Assembly: GCA_963664705.1 (NCBI GenBank)
Contig: OY761556.1
Location: 1,760,001 to 1,824,000 of the forward strand
Source: Acidobacteriota bacterium
GTDB taxonomy: Bacteria; Acidobacteriota; UBA6911
Length of the DNA: 64,000 nt
Direction of reading: 5' to 3'
Numbering within the stretch: position 1 is the first letter of the stretch; the number at the start of each line of letters is the position of its first letter. The translations under genes and the position numbers were made by a program. A model generated the notes under the pieces. It was not told where the DNA came from. It saw only the letters and a list, made by a program, of their open reading frames with translations, and did not search any database. Of this stretch, positions 1 through 10,336 are shown one piece after another.

Positions 1-1052
1 AATTCTTCGGGGGTAGGGCTGATGACGAGGTCTGCCAGCTTTCCCGGTGAAAGCGACCCAAGCAGCGCATCAAGCCCAAAATGCTCCGCAGGATTCAGGG
101 TAACCATCTGGTAGGCAACTCTGGGGGGAGCGCCCAGTTTCAGAGCTTTTCTCAAAGAGCCATCCAGATATCCTGATTCGAGAAAGCCTGCCGCGTCCAC
201 GCCATCGGTGGCGAGAGCCAGTCTTCTGAAATCGATATCTTTTTGAAAAATCCCCTTCACCGCTTCCAGCTCTTTGCGGATATATCCTTCGCGAAGCAAT
301 ACCCAATAGCCAAGGCGAAGGCGTTCCAGCACTTCCGCCTCGGTAACCGGTTCATGGCAGGATGAAATACCGAGACAGGTGTAAGCCTGCAATTTTCTAG
401 CGGATGAGCCGGCAGTATGACCCTCGACAACTTTGCCTTTTTCCAGCGCTAACCCGACCAGTTCCATAAGGCGAGACTGCTGGGGGCTTTTCAAAAGCAG
501 ATTGCTCCAATAAACCTCGCCAATCCCGAGACACAAAGGATCGTCAAGTCGTGGCGCAATGTCTGACCCTGTAATAGCAAGGGTTTCTTCGGAAGCAGTG
601 AGTCCGCACATGGGAGGGAAGGTGCAAAGCATCCGGATAGGCTGATTTCTGAAGGCATCCAGGATACAATCAAACCCGGCTTTCCCGACGATTTCGCAAA
701 ATTCCACCGCTTCGGTGATGACCGTGGTGACCCCGCAGGGAATCACGTTTCTGACGAATTCTTCAATCCCATACCGGCTGCTCAAAACATGCGTGTGAGC
801 TTCGACGAGTCCGGGAAGAATAACCATGCCGCAGGCATCGATGCGCTGAGTGTTTTCCGTGGTTGCGGGATCGCTGTCCGGTCCGGCATAGGCGATCATC
901 CCATCTTTGATCCAGAGCGACTGGCCGGGAATGAACTCGCCCGTAAAGGCGTTGAAGATGGTGCCATTGGTGATGACGGTATCGGCAGGAGTTTCACCGA
1001 GGGCGACATCACTGATCTTTCGGCGTCTTTCCAGGCTTGCGTACGGTTTCAT
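1..1052 (-). CDS. ade: Adenine deaminase (amidohydrolase superfamily), 3' end truncated by window edge
   Basis: Absent from the ORF track; translated by hand from ATG at 1052. Reads MKPYASLERRRKISDVALGETPAD..., PGLVEAHTH, GVTTVITE, EGH, SCHE, LATDG, QMVTLNPAEHFGL, GSLSPGKLADLVI. No stop found before base 1. Confidence 0.85.
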   Translation of the reverse strand, partial: MKPYASLERRRKISDVALGETPADTVITNGTIFNAFTGEFIPGQSLWIKDGMIAYAGPDSDPATTENTQRIDACGMVILPGLVEAHTHVLSSRYGIEEFVRNVIPCGVTTVITEAVEFCEIVGKAGFDCILDAFRNQPIRMLCTFPPMCGLTASEETLAITGSDIAPRLDDPLCLGIGEVYWSNLLLKSPQQSRLMELVGLALEKGKVVEGHTAGSSARKLQAYTCLGISSCHEPVTEAEVLERLRLGYWVLLREGYIRKELEAVKGIFQKDIDFRRLALATDGVDAAGFLESGYLDGSLRKALKLGAPPRVAYQMVTLNPAEHFGLDALLGSLSPGKLADLVISPTPEE

Positions 1053-1105
1053 GGGTTTGATATTCCTGAAGACACATCACGCGGACTCGCCGATGATGAA
1101 GAACG

Positions 1106-1609
1106 TCAGAGCAATAATTCCATATAGATCACATCCAGCCATCGACCGAATTTGAGTCCGATCTGCTGCAGATGCCCGACTCGCTGGAACTTGAATTTGT
1201 CGTGCAGCCGCACGCTATGGGTTTGATCGGCGTCAATCACAGCAATGATGGCATGGTGCCCAATGGCTTTTCCTCGTTTGATGAGATCCTGCAGCAGGAG
1301 TGAGCCAATGCCGCGTCCATGCCAGTCTGGATGAACGTATACCGAATTTTCCACCGTATTGCGATAGGCCGAGCGCCGGTGATAGGGGGAAAGGGATCCC
1401 CATCCCACGACCTTTCTGGCGTGTTCCGCAACAATGATCGGGTGCCTCGATCCATGTTCGGAGAACCATTGATAGCGGCCGCTCAGTGGTTCAGGCTGCT
1501 CCTGGTAGGTACAGGTGGACCGCAGGACATAGTGATTATAGATATCGTTAATGGCACTCATATCCAGTTCGGTAGCCGGCCGCAGCATCACCTCTTCGCC
1601 TGAGTCCAT
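1106..1609 (-). CDS. GNAT N-acetyltransferase, phosphinothricin/methionine-sulfoximine (Pat/YncA) type
   Basis: INDIYNHYV, RSAYRNTVENSVYVHPDWHGRGIGS, GLKFGRWLD motifs. Start moved to MDSGEEV; the ORF-track extension overlaps the divergent gene. Confidence 0.88.
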   Translation of the reverse strand: MDSGEEVMLRPATELDMSAINDIYNHYVLRSTCTYQEQPEPLSGRYQWFSEHGSRHPIIVAEHARKVVGWGSLSPYHRRSAYRNTVENSVYVHPDWHGRGIGSLLLQDLIKRGKAIGHHAIIAVIDADQTHSVRLHDKFKFQRVGHLQQIGLKFGRWLDVIYMELLL

Positions 1610-1773
1610 CCTGGAGTTTTCCCTATTGCGTAGCATAACCGGAGGAGTATGTGCTTTGTATCCATGCAGGTCAAGTCCAACTCCCGTTTTTATCGGATCC
1701 CGGCATGGTACGCTGAAACGCGATTGACGATAGCGATGGTGGCAGGGAGAATAGAATTTTCCGGAGAGCAGGC

Positions 1774-2745
1774 ATGGGATTGTCTCCAAGCACGGGACCG
1801 GCAATAGACTGCCGGGATTTGCGCAAACAGTACAAAGGACGAGGCGGGGTGGTTTCAGCCGTCAACGGACTCGATCTCACGATCGATCAAGGGGAATGCT
1901 TCGGCCTTCTCGGGCCAAATGGAGCCGGCAAAACAACAACCATAGAAATATTTGAGGGACTTCTTCCTCCAACCTCCGGCGACGTACGAGTGCTGGGAAT
2001 GCGCTGGGGAGAACATGACAATGAATTACGGCAGCAAATCGGCATCTCCTTGCAGGAGACACGGTTTACAGAGCGTCTGACAGTTCTGGAGACGCTCGTG
2101 CTTTTTCGAAGTTTCTACCGCGAGGGGAACGATCCCGCAGTTGTCATGGAAGATGTCGGGTTAAGTGAAAAATCCAAATCATGGGTCGGGAAGCTTTCCG
2201 GAGGGCAGCGTCAGAGATTGGCTGTTGCCTGCGCCTTGGTTGGGGATCCGCAGCTTCTTTTTCTGGACGAACCGACAACCGGGTTGGATCCGCAGTCGAG
2301 GCGGCATTTGTGGGACATTATCAGGAGACTTCGTGAAGGAGGGCGCACTGTCCTTCTTACAACCCACTATATGGATGAGGCCGAACGCCTGTGCAATCGC
2401 GTGGCAGTTATTGATCACGGAAGAATTATTGCCCTCGGTTCCCCGGATGAGCTGATTGCGGGATTGGGTGGAGAGCATATCGTGGAAATCGCATTTGAAA
2501 ATAGTAAAGGCGTCCACGGTGTCGATCTTTCAGGGTTGCCTGCGGTTAAAGAGGTGAGACAAAACGGGGATGGAATTGCGCTGACTGTGTCGGAACCGCA
2601 CATTGCCATCCCTGCCGTATTGCGGTATTTACAGGCAGAAAGGATCGAGCTTGCGCGGTTGTCGACGCGCAACGCAAGCCTTGAAGATGTATTTGTGAAT
2701 CTAACGGGAAGGCATTTGCGCGATGACGAAGTATCATCCGTTTAG
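1774..2745 (+). CDS. ABC exporter ATP-binding subunit (DrrA/NodI-like)
   Basis: Walker A GPNGAGKTT, signature LSGGQ, Walker B LFLDEPT, TTHYMDEAE. Confidence 0.93.
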   Translation: MGLSPSTGPAIDCRDLRKQYKGRGGVVSAVNGLDLTIDQGECFGLLGPNGAGKTTTIEIFEGLLPPTSGDVRVLGMRWGEHDNELRQQIGISLQETRFTERLTVLETLVLFRSFYREGNDPAVVMEDVGLSEKSKSWVGKLSGGQRQRLAVACALVGDPQLLFLDEPTTGLDPQSRRHLWDIIRRLREGGRTVLLTTHYMDEAERLCNRVAVIDHGRIIALGSPDELIAGLGGEHIVEIAFENSKGVHGVDLSGLPAVKEVRQNGDGIALTVSEPHIAIPAVLRYLQAERIELARLSTRNASLEDVFVNLTGRHLRDDEVSSV

Positions 2746-3757
2746 AGAATTGCTGAAGACCAGGATGCGAGAGTTCATTCGGGAACCGGAGACCGTTTTC
2801 TGGGTATATGCATTTCCCGTTCTTTTGGCGGTTGGCCTCGGGATCGCGTTCAGAAACAGACCGGTAGAGCGCGTATTCGTGGATGTCGAGCAGTGTGCTT
2901 TGGCGATGGAAACGGCAAACAACCTGAAAAAATATCCGGACTTTGTTGTTTCCGTTCGTCCCCGACAGGAATGCATGGACCGGTTGCGTCTCGGCCGAAG
3001 CGCCCTGGTGGTTGTGCCGGGGGTTACCTATGAATTCGATTTTGATCCGACTCGTCCTGAAAGCGTGCTGGCACGACAGCGGGCAGATGATGCGCTCCAG
3101 CGCGCCGCTGGACGCCGGGATCCGATATTGACCGAAGACCGGCACATTACGGAACCGGGAACGCGGTATATCGACTTTCTCATCCCTGGTTTGATCGGCA
3201 TGAACCTGCTGGCCGGAAGCATGTGGGGTGTCGGATATGTCATTGTGGATATGCGAGTGCGGAAGCTATTGAAAAGATTGATAGCAACTCCAATGAAGCG
3301 ATCCCACTTCCTTTGGTCGGCACTGGGAGGACGAATCGCATTTATGGTTCCCGAACTTGTCGTGATCATGGGTTCCGGAGTTGTTCTTTTTGGCTTCCCC
3401 GTTCGCGGGAACATATTGTCCATTTTGCTGGTTTCGCTTGTTGGAGCCATCTCATTTTCGGGACTGGGAATGCTGGCGGCATGCCGTGCTCAAAAACTCG
3501 AGACCGTTTCGGGGATTATGAACGTAATCATGATGCCGATGTGGTTGCTGTCAGGTGTTTTTTTCTCTCCCGAGCGTTTCCCGGAGATTTTCCAGCCCTT
3601 TATTCAAGTCCTGCCACTGACGCAGTTCAACTATGTTCTGCGTGCAATTATCCTCGAGGGCGCAACGCTGAGCTCTCAGATTTTTAAGCTGGCTCTTATT
3701 GCCGCGTGGGGAGCTATTTCCTACCTATTGACGCTTCGCTGGTTTCGCTGGAATTAG
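2723..3757 (+). CDS. ABC-2 type exporter permease
   Basis: Overlaps the ATPase gene; multiple TM segments; YIDFLIPGL, ATPM, LSGVFF, LPLT motifs. Confidence 0.9.
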   Translation: MTKYHPFRELLKTRMREFIREPETVFWVYAFPVLLAVGLGIAFRNRPVERVFVDVEQCALAMETANNLKKYPDFVVSVRPRQECMDRLRLGRSALVVVPGVTYEFDFDPTRPESVLARQRADDALQRAAGRRDPILTEDRHITEPGTRYIDFLIPGLIGMNLLAGSMWGVGYVIVDMRVRKLLKRLIATPMKRSHFLWSALGGRIAFMVPELVVIMGSGVVLFGFPVRGNILSILLVSLVGAISFSGLGMLAACRAQKLETVSGIMNVIMMPMWLLSGVFFSPERFPEIFQPFIQVLPLTQFNYVLRAIILEGATLSSQIFKLALIAAWGAISYLLTLRWFRWN

Positions 3758-3962
3758 CCCCGATTCCTGCTATCCGGCTTATCAGGCGTGTTCGAGCCCT
3801 GTCCGGGGAGAATCCGGACCGAAAAAGTCATCCATCCGCAGATGTGAGTCAGGAATCCAGATAAATTATTTGCTGTGAATTTCTTACGGGAAATACGCCG
3901 TCAAGCCGAATAGTTTATTGGCGCTTGTTTTGTATATGCTGTGTGTTGAACCCCGATAAGGT

Positions 3963-6407
3963 GTGGATCGTATGCCGCTTAAAAAGTCACCATCTCTAAA
4001 AAACGACATTCTCCGTCATGTCGAATTTACACTGGCCTGTGACCCGCAGATGGCGGATAAATACTCCTGTTTCATGGGTCTTGCTTATTCCATTCGCGAC
4101 CGCCTGGTCGAGAGATGGATGAAAACACAGCGTTCCCTCTATGACGTCATGGCGAAACGCGTTTATTTTCTTTCCATGGAATTCCTTCCGGGCAGGTTTC
4201 TGATGAACTACCTGCTGAGCCTGAATATGGTGGAGGAAGCGCGTGTTGCCCTTCATGAACTCGGGTTTGACCTGGACGAACTGGAAGAGGAGGAATCGGA
4301 TCCGGGATTGGGGAACGGCGGACTGGGCCGCTTGGCATCGTGTTATATGGATTCCATCGCCTGCATGCAATTGCCCGGATATGGCTACGGCATTCGATAT
4401 GATTACGGAATGTTCCAGCAGATCCTTGAGGATGGATACCAGAGGGAGGAGTGTGATAACTGGGTTCGGAGCGGCAGTCCCTGGGAAATCCAGAGAAGAG
4501 AGCGGATTGTGCCTGTCCGGTTTTATGGGCGCTCGGAGCCCTATCGAGACCGTGATGGGCGCGTGCGCTTCCGCTGGGTGGATGGGGAGCAGGTTCTTGC
4601 CCTGGCCTCGGATATTCTTATCCCGGGATTTGCCGGCGATTATGTGACGAATATGAGACTTTGGATCGCCCAATCAAGCCGCGAATTCAATCTTCAGGAA
4701 TTCAGCCACGGCGAATACGTTCATGCCGTCGAAGCCAAGGTGTTGAGTGAAAACATATCCAAGGTCCTGTATCCCAGCGATGACATCGCGCCGGGCCGGG
4801 AACTTCGTTTGAAGCAGCAATATTTCTTTGTTGCAGCCACCTTGTTTGACATTATCCGTCGATACAAAAATCAGAACAGCTCCTTCGAAAACTTCGCCAA
4901 CTCCGTGGCAATACAACTCAACGACACACATCCCACCATTGCAATTCCGGAGTTGATGCGGCTGCTGATGGATGAAGAAGGTATGGAGTGGGAGCAGGCG
5001 TGGAGTATCTGCGAAAAGACATTTGCCTATACCAACCACACGGTCCTGCCGGAGGCTCTTGAAAAATGGTCCACCGAGCTTTTGGGACGTCTTCTGCCCA
5101 GGCACCTGGAAATCATATTTGAAATCAATCGGCGATTCCTGGAAGCCGTGCGGACAGCGCATCCCCAGGATGCGGATCTTGCTGCCAGGGTCTCGCTTAT
5201 TCAGGAGGGTCCCGTACAGCAGGTAAGAATGGCCAATCTGGCTGTCGTCGGGAGCCATGCGGTTAACGGAGTCGCTGAATTGCATACCGATATCTTGAAA
5301 AAGCGACTCTTTGCCGATTTTGACCGAATTTTCCCGAATAAACTGCAAAACATTACCAATGGAATCTCACCGCGCCGATGGCTGATTCAGGCGAACCCCG
5401 GCCTTACCAAACTTATTACCTCGGCGATCGGTTCCGGCTGGACCAGCGATTTGACTCAGCTGGAGAAGTTGATCCCCTACGCGGAGGACAGCGCTTTTCG
5501 CGCAGACTGGATGCGAACCAAGCAGGAAAACAAAAAACGCCTTTCACGGTACATCCTGCGCAAAACCGGAATCGGCATCAACCCGGCTACGCTGTTTGAT
5601 GTACAGATCAAACGTCTGCACGAATACAAACGCCAGCTATTGAATGTTCTGCATCTGATCACGCTGTATAATCGAATCAAATCCCGGTCGGGTGTGGATA
5701 TTACGCCGCGTACGGTTATTTTTGCCGGCAAGGCGGCCCCGGCCTATCACCAGGCCAAGCGAATCATCAAACTGATCAATTCGGTTGCTGATATTGTGAA
5801 TCGCGATCCGGAAGTGAACGGCATTTTGCGAGCGGTTTTTCTACCCAATTACTGTGTGTCCCAGGCCGAGAAGATTGTCCCTGCGGCCGACCTGTCCGAG
5901 CAGATTTCAACTGCGGGCATGGAGGCATCCGGCACGGGAAACATGAAAATGGCGCTCAATGGCGCGCTTACGATGGGAACGCTGGACGGCGCCAATATTG
6001 AAATATTGGAGGCGGTTGGAAAGCAGAATATCTTCATTTTTGGGTTGAATGCGGAAGAGGCGTCCGCACTGCGAGCCAATGGATATGATCCGCGCGGGCA
6101 TTACCAGGAGGATGCGGAGTTGAAAATGGCACTGGATATGATTGGATCGGGATTTTTCTCTCCCCAGAATCCCCGGTTGTTTGAGCCCATATTCAGCGCT
6201 TTGGTCGAGCAAGGAGACTATTTTCTGCTTCTGGCCGATTACCGCTCCTATGTCATTGCTCAGGAAGAGGCCGGACGCACTTATCTGGATACGGAGGTTT
6301 GGTCAAAGCGATCCATTATTAATACGGCGTCTATGGGAAGATTTTCCAGCGATCGTTCCGTCCAGGAATATGCCGATCGCGTCTGGAACGCAATAGCGGT
6401 GCGCTGA
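3963..6407 (+). CDS. glgP: Glycogen/starch phosphorylase
   Basis: LGNGGLGRLA, QLNDTHP, AYTNHT, QIKRLHEYKRQ, EASGTGNMK (PLP lysine), FSSDRS. Start could instead be ATG 3972. Confidence 0.97.
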   Translation: MDRMPLKKSPSLKNDILRHVEFTLACDPQMADKYSCFMGLAYSIRDRLVERWMKTQRSLYDVMAKRVYFLSMEFLPGRFLMNYLLSLNMVEEARVALHELGFDLDELEEEESDPGLGNGGLGRLASCYMDSIACMQLPGYGYGIRYDYGMFQQILEDGYQREECDNWVRSGSPWEIQRRERIVPVRFYGRSEPYRDRDGRVRFRWVDGEQVLALASDILIPGFAGDYVTNMRLWIAQSSREFNLQEFSHGEYVHAVEAKVLSENISKVLYPSDDIAPGRELRLKQQYFFVAATLFDIIRRYKNQNSSFENFANSVAIQLNDTHPTIAIPELMRLLMDEEGMEWEQAWSICEKTFAYTNHTVLPEALEKWSTELLGRLLPRHLEIIFEINRRFLEAVRTAHPQDADLAARVSLIQEGPVQQVRMANLAVVGSHAVNGVAELHTDILKKRLFADFDRIFPNKLQNITNGISPRRWLIQANPGLTKLITSAIGSGWTSDLTQLEKLIPYAEDSAFRADWMRTKQENKKRLSRYILRKTGIGINPATLFDVQIKRLHEYKRQLLNVLHLITLYNRIKSRSGVDITPRTVIFAGKAAPAYHQAKRIIKLINSVADIVNRDPEVNGILRAVFLPNYCVSQAEKIVPAADLSEQISTAGMEASGTGNMKMALNGALTMGTLDGANIEILEAVGKQNIFIFGLNAEEASALRANGYDPRGHYQEDAELKMALDMIGSGFFSPQNPRLFEPIFSALVEQGDYFLLLADYRSYVIAQEEAGRTYLDTEVWSKRSIINTASMGRFSSDRSVQEYADRVWNAIAVR

Positions 6408-6456
6408 AAACCGTGCGCGGATTTTATCGGATGGAGATGTACTTGGAAGGGCAAAT

Positions 6457-7737
6457 ATGACAACAAAGACAGCGGATATAGAACTTCCTTCGGTTTCAAT
6501 CGCCCGGCAGCCTGTTTTTGACCAGAACGGGCGCCTGTGGGGATACGATCTGTTCTGCATTGGATCCCAGGGGAATCAGGCCGGCGAGTCGGCAGAACCG
6601 CTGAATGCTGCCGTTTGCATGGCATCAGGTGCATCCATTCACCTCAAGCAAATTCTGCAGGGAGGAAAGAAGGCGATTGTTGATTTTGTAAATGAGAGCA
6701 TTGCTGAGCATCTGCCCTATGCGCTCCCTCCCGTGCTGACAGTTATCAAGATCGATGAACGTATCTCACAGCAGGATTCGGCCTTGGAAGTATTACAGCG
6801 GTTGAAGACGGATGGGTATCTGGTTGCTATTGGCGGGTTCACTGGCGATCCTATCCATGATTCGCTATACAGCCTGGCGGACATCATTGAGATTGCCGTG
6901 AAGGACAGGACCGAGAACCTGGTGGACCGGGATATTGCTTCAGCCGGCAAATTCCAGGCGCAGCTGCTTGCCAGCAGAGTTCTGGATCGCAAATCCTATG
7001 AAGCATGTCGTAAGTTCGGTTTTCACCTGTTCAGCGGGCCGTTCTTTAAATACCCGGACACAATGGTAGCCCGTCGATTGTCGTCCAATGAAGTCCTGCG
7101 CTTCAAACTGCTGGATCTCATTGAAAGCCGTGAACCGGACATGAATGAGCTTGCGGATGCGGTTCAGGCGGATGTCACGATCAGTTTTCGTCTGCTCACC
7201 TTTCTCAATTCGGCCGCGTTTGCTTTTTCGCAGCGTATCCGGTCCATTCGACACGCGATTTACCTTTTGGGATGGGCGAAAGTGCGCAACTGGCTGCGCG
7301 TGGTTCTCCTGACGGATATGAGCCAAAGCAAGGATGCCGGCGAATTGGTTCTGCTGGCTGCCCAAAGAGGTATGTTCCTCGAGCTGGTGGCGCGAGACCA
7401 TGATTTCTGGGGATTCGATCCTGAAAGCCTTCATCTCCTCGGGTTGTTCTCGCTCTTGGATACATTGCTTCGATTACCCATGCCAGAAGTTGTCAGCTAT
7501 TTGCCAATCGATGATAAGATGAAGAGGGCACTCTGCCATGAAACTGATAATGAGTACTTGCCTCTTTTGCGCCTGGCGCAATGTTTTGAGGAGGCACAGT
7601 GGCAGCAGGCAGAGGCGATGGTCCAGCAGTTGAATCTAGATCGCGCAAAAGTAAATATTGCATTCCAAAAATCGATTGAATGGGCTGGAGGATTGGATTC
7701 TCTGCAATCCGCCGGTTCGTCGAGAGGTGACGCATAA
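6457..7737 (+). CDS. EAL-like plus HDOD domain protein (YuxH-like); EAL motifs degenerate
   Basis: ARQPVFD N-terminus; HDOD features DVTISFRLLTFLNSAAF, SIRHAIYLLG, LLGLFSLLD. Confidence 0.85.
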   Translation: MTTKTADIELPSVSIARQPVFDQNGRLWGYDLFCIGSQGNQAGESAEPLNAAVCMASGASIHLKQILQGGKKAIVDFVNESIAEHLPYALPPVLTVIKIDERISQQDSALEVLQRLKTDGYLVAIGGFTGDPIHDSLYSLADIIEIAVKDRTENLVDRDIASAGKFQAQLLASRVLDRKSYEACRKFGFHLFSGPFFKYPDTMVARRLSSNEVLRFKLLDLIESREPDMNELADAVQADVTISFRLLTFLNSAAFAFSQRIRSIRHAIYLLGWAKVRNWLRVVLLTDMSQSKDAGELVLLAAQRGMFLELVARDHDFWGFDPESLHLLGLFSLLDTLLRLPMPEVVSYLPIDDKMKRALCHETDNEYLPLLRLAQCFEEAQWQQAEAMVQQLNLDRAKVNIAFQKSIEWAGGLDSLQSAGSSRGDA

Positions 7738-9038
7738 TGAATCGACGCGTGCTGGCAATGGTGCTCGCCGGCGGAAAGGGCACTCGTCTGTTTCCTCTAA
7801 CGAAGGACAGGTCGAAGCCGGCCGTCCCATTTGGAGGGAAATACAGGATTGTCGATTTTGTTCTGAGCAACCTTGTCAATTCCGGCGTTTATTCAACGTA
7901 TGTTCTGACGCAATTCAAAAGCCAATCGCTGCTGCAGCATTTGCGAGATACCTGGCAGTTCGGAGGACTATTGCCCCATCAGTTTATAATACCGGTACCG
8001 GCGCAGATGCTGTCGCCGGATGAAACCTGGTATCAAGGGACGGCGGATGCGATCTTCCAGAACATTGATTTGATTAAGCGGGCAGAACCTGACCTGGTTC
8101 TGGTCTTCGGCGCGGATCATGTGTATCGAATGAACATCCGGGAGATGATTGAGTTTCACAATGAAAAGAAGGCGGATGTGACGGTCGCCGCCATTCCGAT
8201 GGCGAAGGAACTTGCATCGGAATTTGGGGTGATGGAGCTTGCGGAAGATGGCCGGATCATTGGTTTTCACGAGAAGAAGAACGATGCGCCGACAATCCCC
8301 GGTGAGCCGGAAAAGATCATGGCCTCCATGGGGAATTACATCTTTGCCTCCGACACTCTTCAACGGGAACTCCTGATGGATTCCGCCCGGGAGGACAGCA
8401 GTCACGATTTTGGCAAGGATATATTGCCCAGTCTTATCCATCGTGCCAATGTCTATGCTTATGATTTTAGAAACAACCGTATTCCCGGAGATCCGCAATC
8501 CGTCCTGCCCTACTGGCGGGATGTAGGAACTATTGATGCTTTTTACGAAGCCAACATGGACCTGAGAGCCATTACTCCTGATTTGAACCTGTACAATAAC
8601 CAATGGCCACTGGGACCGACGCGGGAAATGTATCCTCCGGCCAAGTTTGTTTTTGACCAGGAGGGGCGTCGCGGACATGCGATCGATTCCATTGTATCGA
8701 GCGGGTGTATTCTTTCAGGCGGATTTGTGCGAGGCTCCGTATTGGGCCGTGCCGTGAGAGTGCACTCCGGGGCGATCATAGAGGATTCAGTTATTTTCGA
8801 TAATTGCGATATTGGGAGGAATGCCCGAATCCGAAGAGCGATACTCGATAAAAACGTTCATGTGCCGGAAGGGGCCGCAATCGGATATGACCGGGAAAAG
8901 GATGGGCGTTTAAATAGCGTTTCCGATTCCGGCGTGGTAGTCGTGGAAGGGGAGCATTCCTCGGTCGAGGTCACTATACTTCAGTTGTCGCAGCCGGTTG
9001 AAAGGCGGAGGAAATCCGATGTGACCAAAGGTCAATAA
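7737..9038 (+). CDS. glgC: Glucose-1-phosphate adenylyltransferase
   Basis: VLAGGKGTRLFPLTKDRSKPAVPFGGKYRIVDF, WYQGTADA, ASMGNYIF, DFGKDI, YWRDVGT. Confidence 0.97.
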   Translation: MNRRVLAMVLAGGKGTRLFPLTKDRSKPAVPFGGKYRIVDFVLSNLVNSGVYSTYVLTQFKSQSLLQHLRDTWQFGGLLPHQFIIPVPAQMLSPDETWYQGTADAIFQNIDLIKRAEPDLVLVFGADHVYRMNIREMIEFHNEKKADVTVAAIPMAKELASEFGVMELAEDGRIIGFHEKKNDAPTIPGEPEKIMASMGNYIFASDTLQRELLMDSAREDSSHDFGKDILPSLIHRANVYAYDFRNNRIPGDPQSVLPYWRDVGTIDAFYEANMDLRAITPDLNLYNNQWPLGPTREMYPPAKFVFDQEGRRGHAIDSIVSSGCILSGGFVRGSVLGRAVRVHSGAIIEDSVIFDNCDIGRNARIRRAILDKNVHVPEGAAIGYDREKDGRLNSVSDSGVVVVEGEHSSVEVTILQLSQPVERRRKSDVTKGQ

Positions 9039-9165
9039 GGACCGGTTGCCTGGAAGTAATACATAAAGATTGGAAATCTCGGATTCGCAGTGGCGCAAGG
9101 CTCCTTACAGCAAGTGATGCTCCTGGCTGCTGCAGCCGATATGGAAGTGGAAGAACGGAGGACGG

Positions 9166-10260
9166 ATGACAGACAAATTGAGAAGAATCGGAATTTTAAC
9201 CGGCGGAGGCGATTGCCCGGGACTGAATGCGGTCATCCGCGCGGTTGTAAAGACCGCGGCCTACGATCATGGAATTGATGTAATCGGCATCGAAAATGGG
9301 TTTGAAGGGTTGATCCGCGACCGCTGTCGACCGCTCAGCACAGGCGATGTCAGCGGAATCCTTGCCCGCGGAGGCACGATCCTTGGAACAAGCAATAAGG
9401 ACAATCCATTTCGAGTGCCCATTCGCGAAAATGGCGAAACTGTTTATCGGGATCTTTCAGAAGAGGCGATACGCATTGCCAAAAGACATGGGATTCAGCT
9501 GCTGATTACGGTTGGAGGAGATGGCAGCCTTTCTATTGCCCGGGATCTTGGCAGCCGCGGGCTTAAGGTCATCGGCGTTCCAAAGACAATCGATAATGAC
9601 CTTGATGCCACGGATGTGACATTTGGTTTTGATTCAGCTCTGGCGGTCGCAACCGAAGCGATTGATCGGCTGCATACCACGGCCCAGAGTCATCAGCGAA
9701 TTATGGTCATTGAGGTAATGGGACGTTACGCGGGATGGATTGCGCTTCAGGCCGGACTGGCCGGGGGAGCGGATGCCATCCTTATTCCGGAAATCCCATT
9801 CCAGATTGAGAAGGTCGCAGAATCGATTGGCGATCGCATCTATAGCGGGCGTTCGTTTGCCATTGTCGTGGTTGCCGAAGGCGCTGCCCCGGCCGGTGGA
9901 AGCATGAGCGTGCGGGATATGATTGCGGATTCCCCGGATCCTGTCCGCTTGGGCGGAATTGGGAACATTGTAGCCGGTCAATTGGAGAAACTGCTGGATC
10001 GGGAAACGCGCACTACGGTTCTCGGACATGTTCAACGAGGAGGCATTCCAACTCCGACGGATAGGATGCTGGGGACTCGCTTTGGCGCGCATGCGGTAAA
10101 GGCCGCAGTGGCGGGGGAAAATGAAGTGATGGTCCGGTTGCGCGGCCAAGTTGTGGAAACCGTTCCACTTTCAGAAGCAGTGGCCAAACTCCGCAGAGTC
10201 GACCCTGAAGGTGAATTGGTGCGCACGGCGCGAAGTCTCCACACCACATTCGGAATTTGA
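9166..10260 (+). CDS. pfkA: 6-phosphofructokinase (PfkA family, G104/K124 type)
   Basis: TGGGDCPGLN, GGTILG, GGDGS, PKTIDND, EVMGR, LGHVQRGG. Confidence 0.93.
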   Translation: MTDKLRRIGILTGGGDCPGLNAVIRAVVKTAAYDHGIDVIGIENGFEGLIRDRCRPLSTGDVSGILARGGTILGTSNKDNPFRVPIRENGETVYRDLSEEAIRIAKRHGIQLLITVGGDGSLSIARDLGSRGLKVIGVPKTIDNDLDATDVTFGFDSALAVATEAIDRLHTTAQSHQRIMVIEVMGRYAGWIALQAGLAGGADAILIPEIPFQIEKVAESIGDRIYSGRSFAIVVVAEGAAPAGGSMSVRDMIADSPDPVRLGGIGNIVAGQLEKLLDRETRTTVLGHVQRGGIPTPTDRMLGTRFGAHAVKAAVAGENEVMVRLRGQVVETVPLSEAVAKLRRVDPEGELVRTARSLHTTFGI

Positions 10261-10269
10261 TCTGGAAGC

Positions 10270-10336
10270 GCCGCCGTCCCTGTTAATGCCATTTGCAATT
10301 ACAAAAAAGGCAAATGGCATTAACAGGGACGGCGGC
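10270..10336. repeat. Perfect 27-bp inverted repeat (13-nt loop) just downstream of pfkA
   Basis: gccgccgtccctgttaatgccatttgc (10270-10296) pairs with gcaaatggcattaacagggacggcggc (10310-10336). Confidence 0.95.

Noticed and set aside
70-673. Short minus-strand ORFs suggesting a fragmented or frameshifted gene
   Set aside because: Hand translation gives one continuous adenine deaminase frame from 1052 to the window edge; the short ORFs are off-frame shadows.
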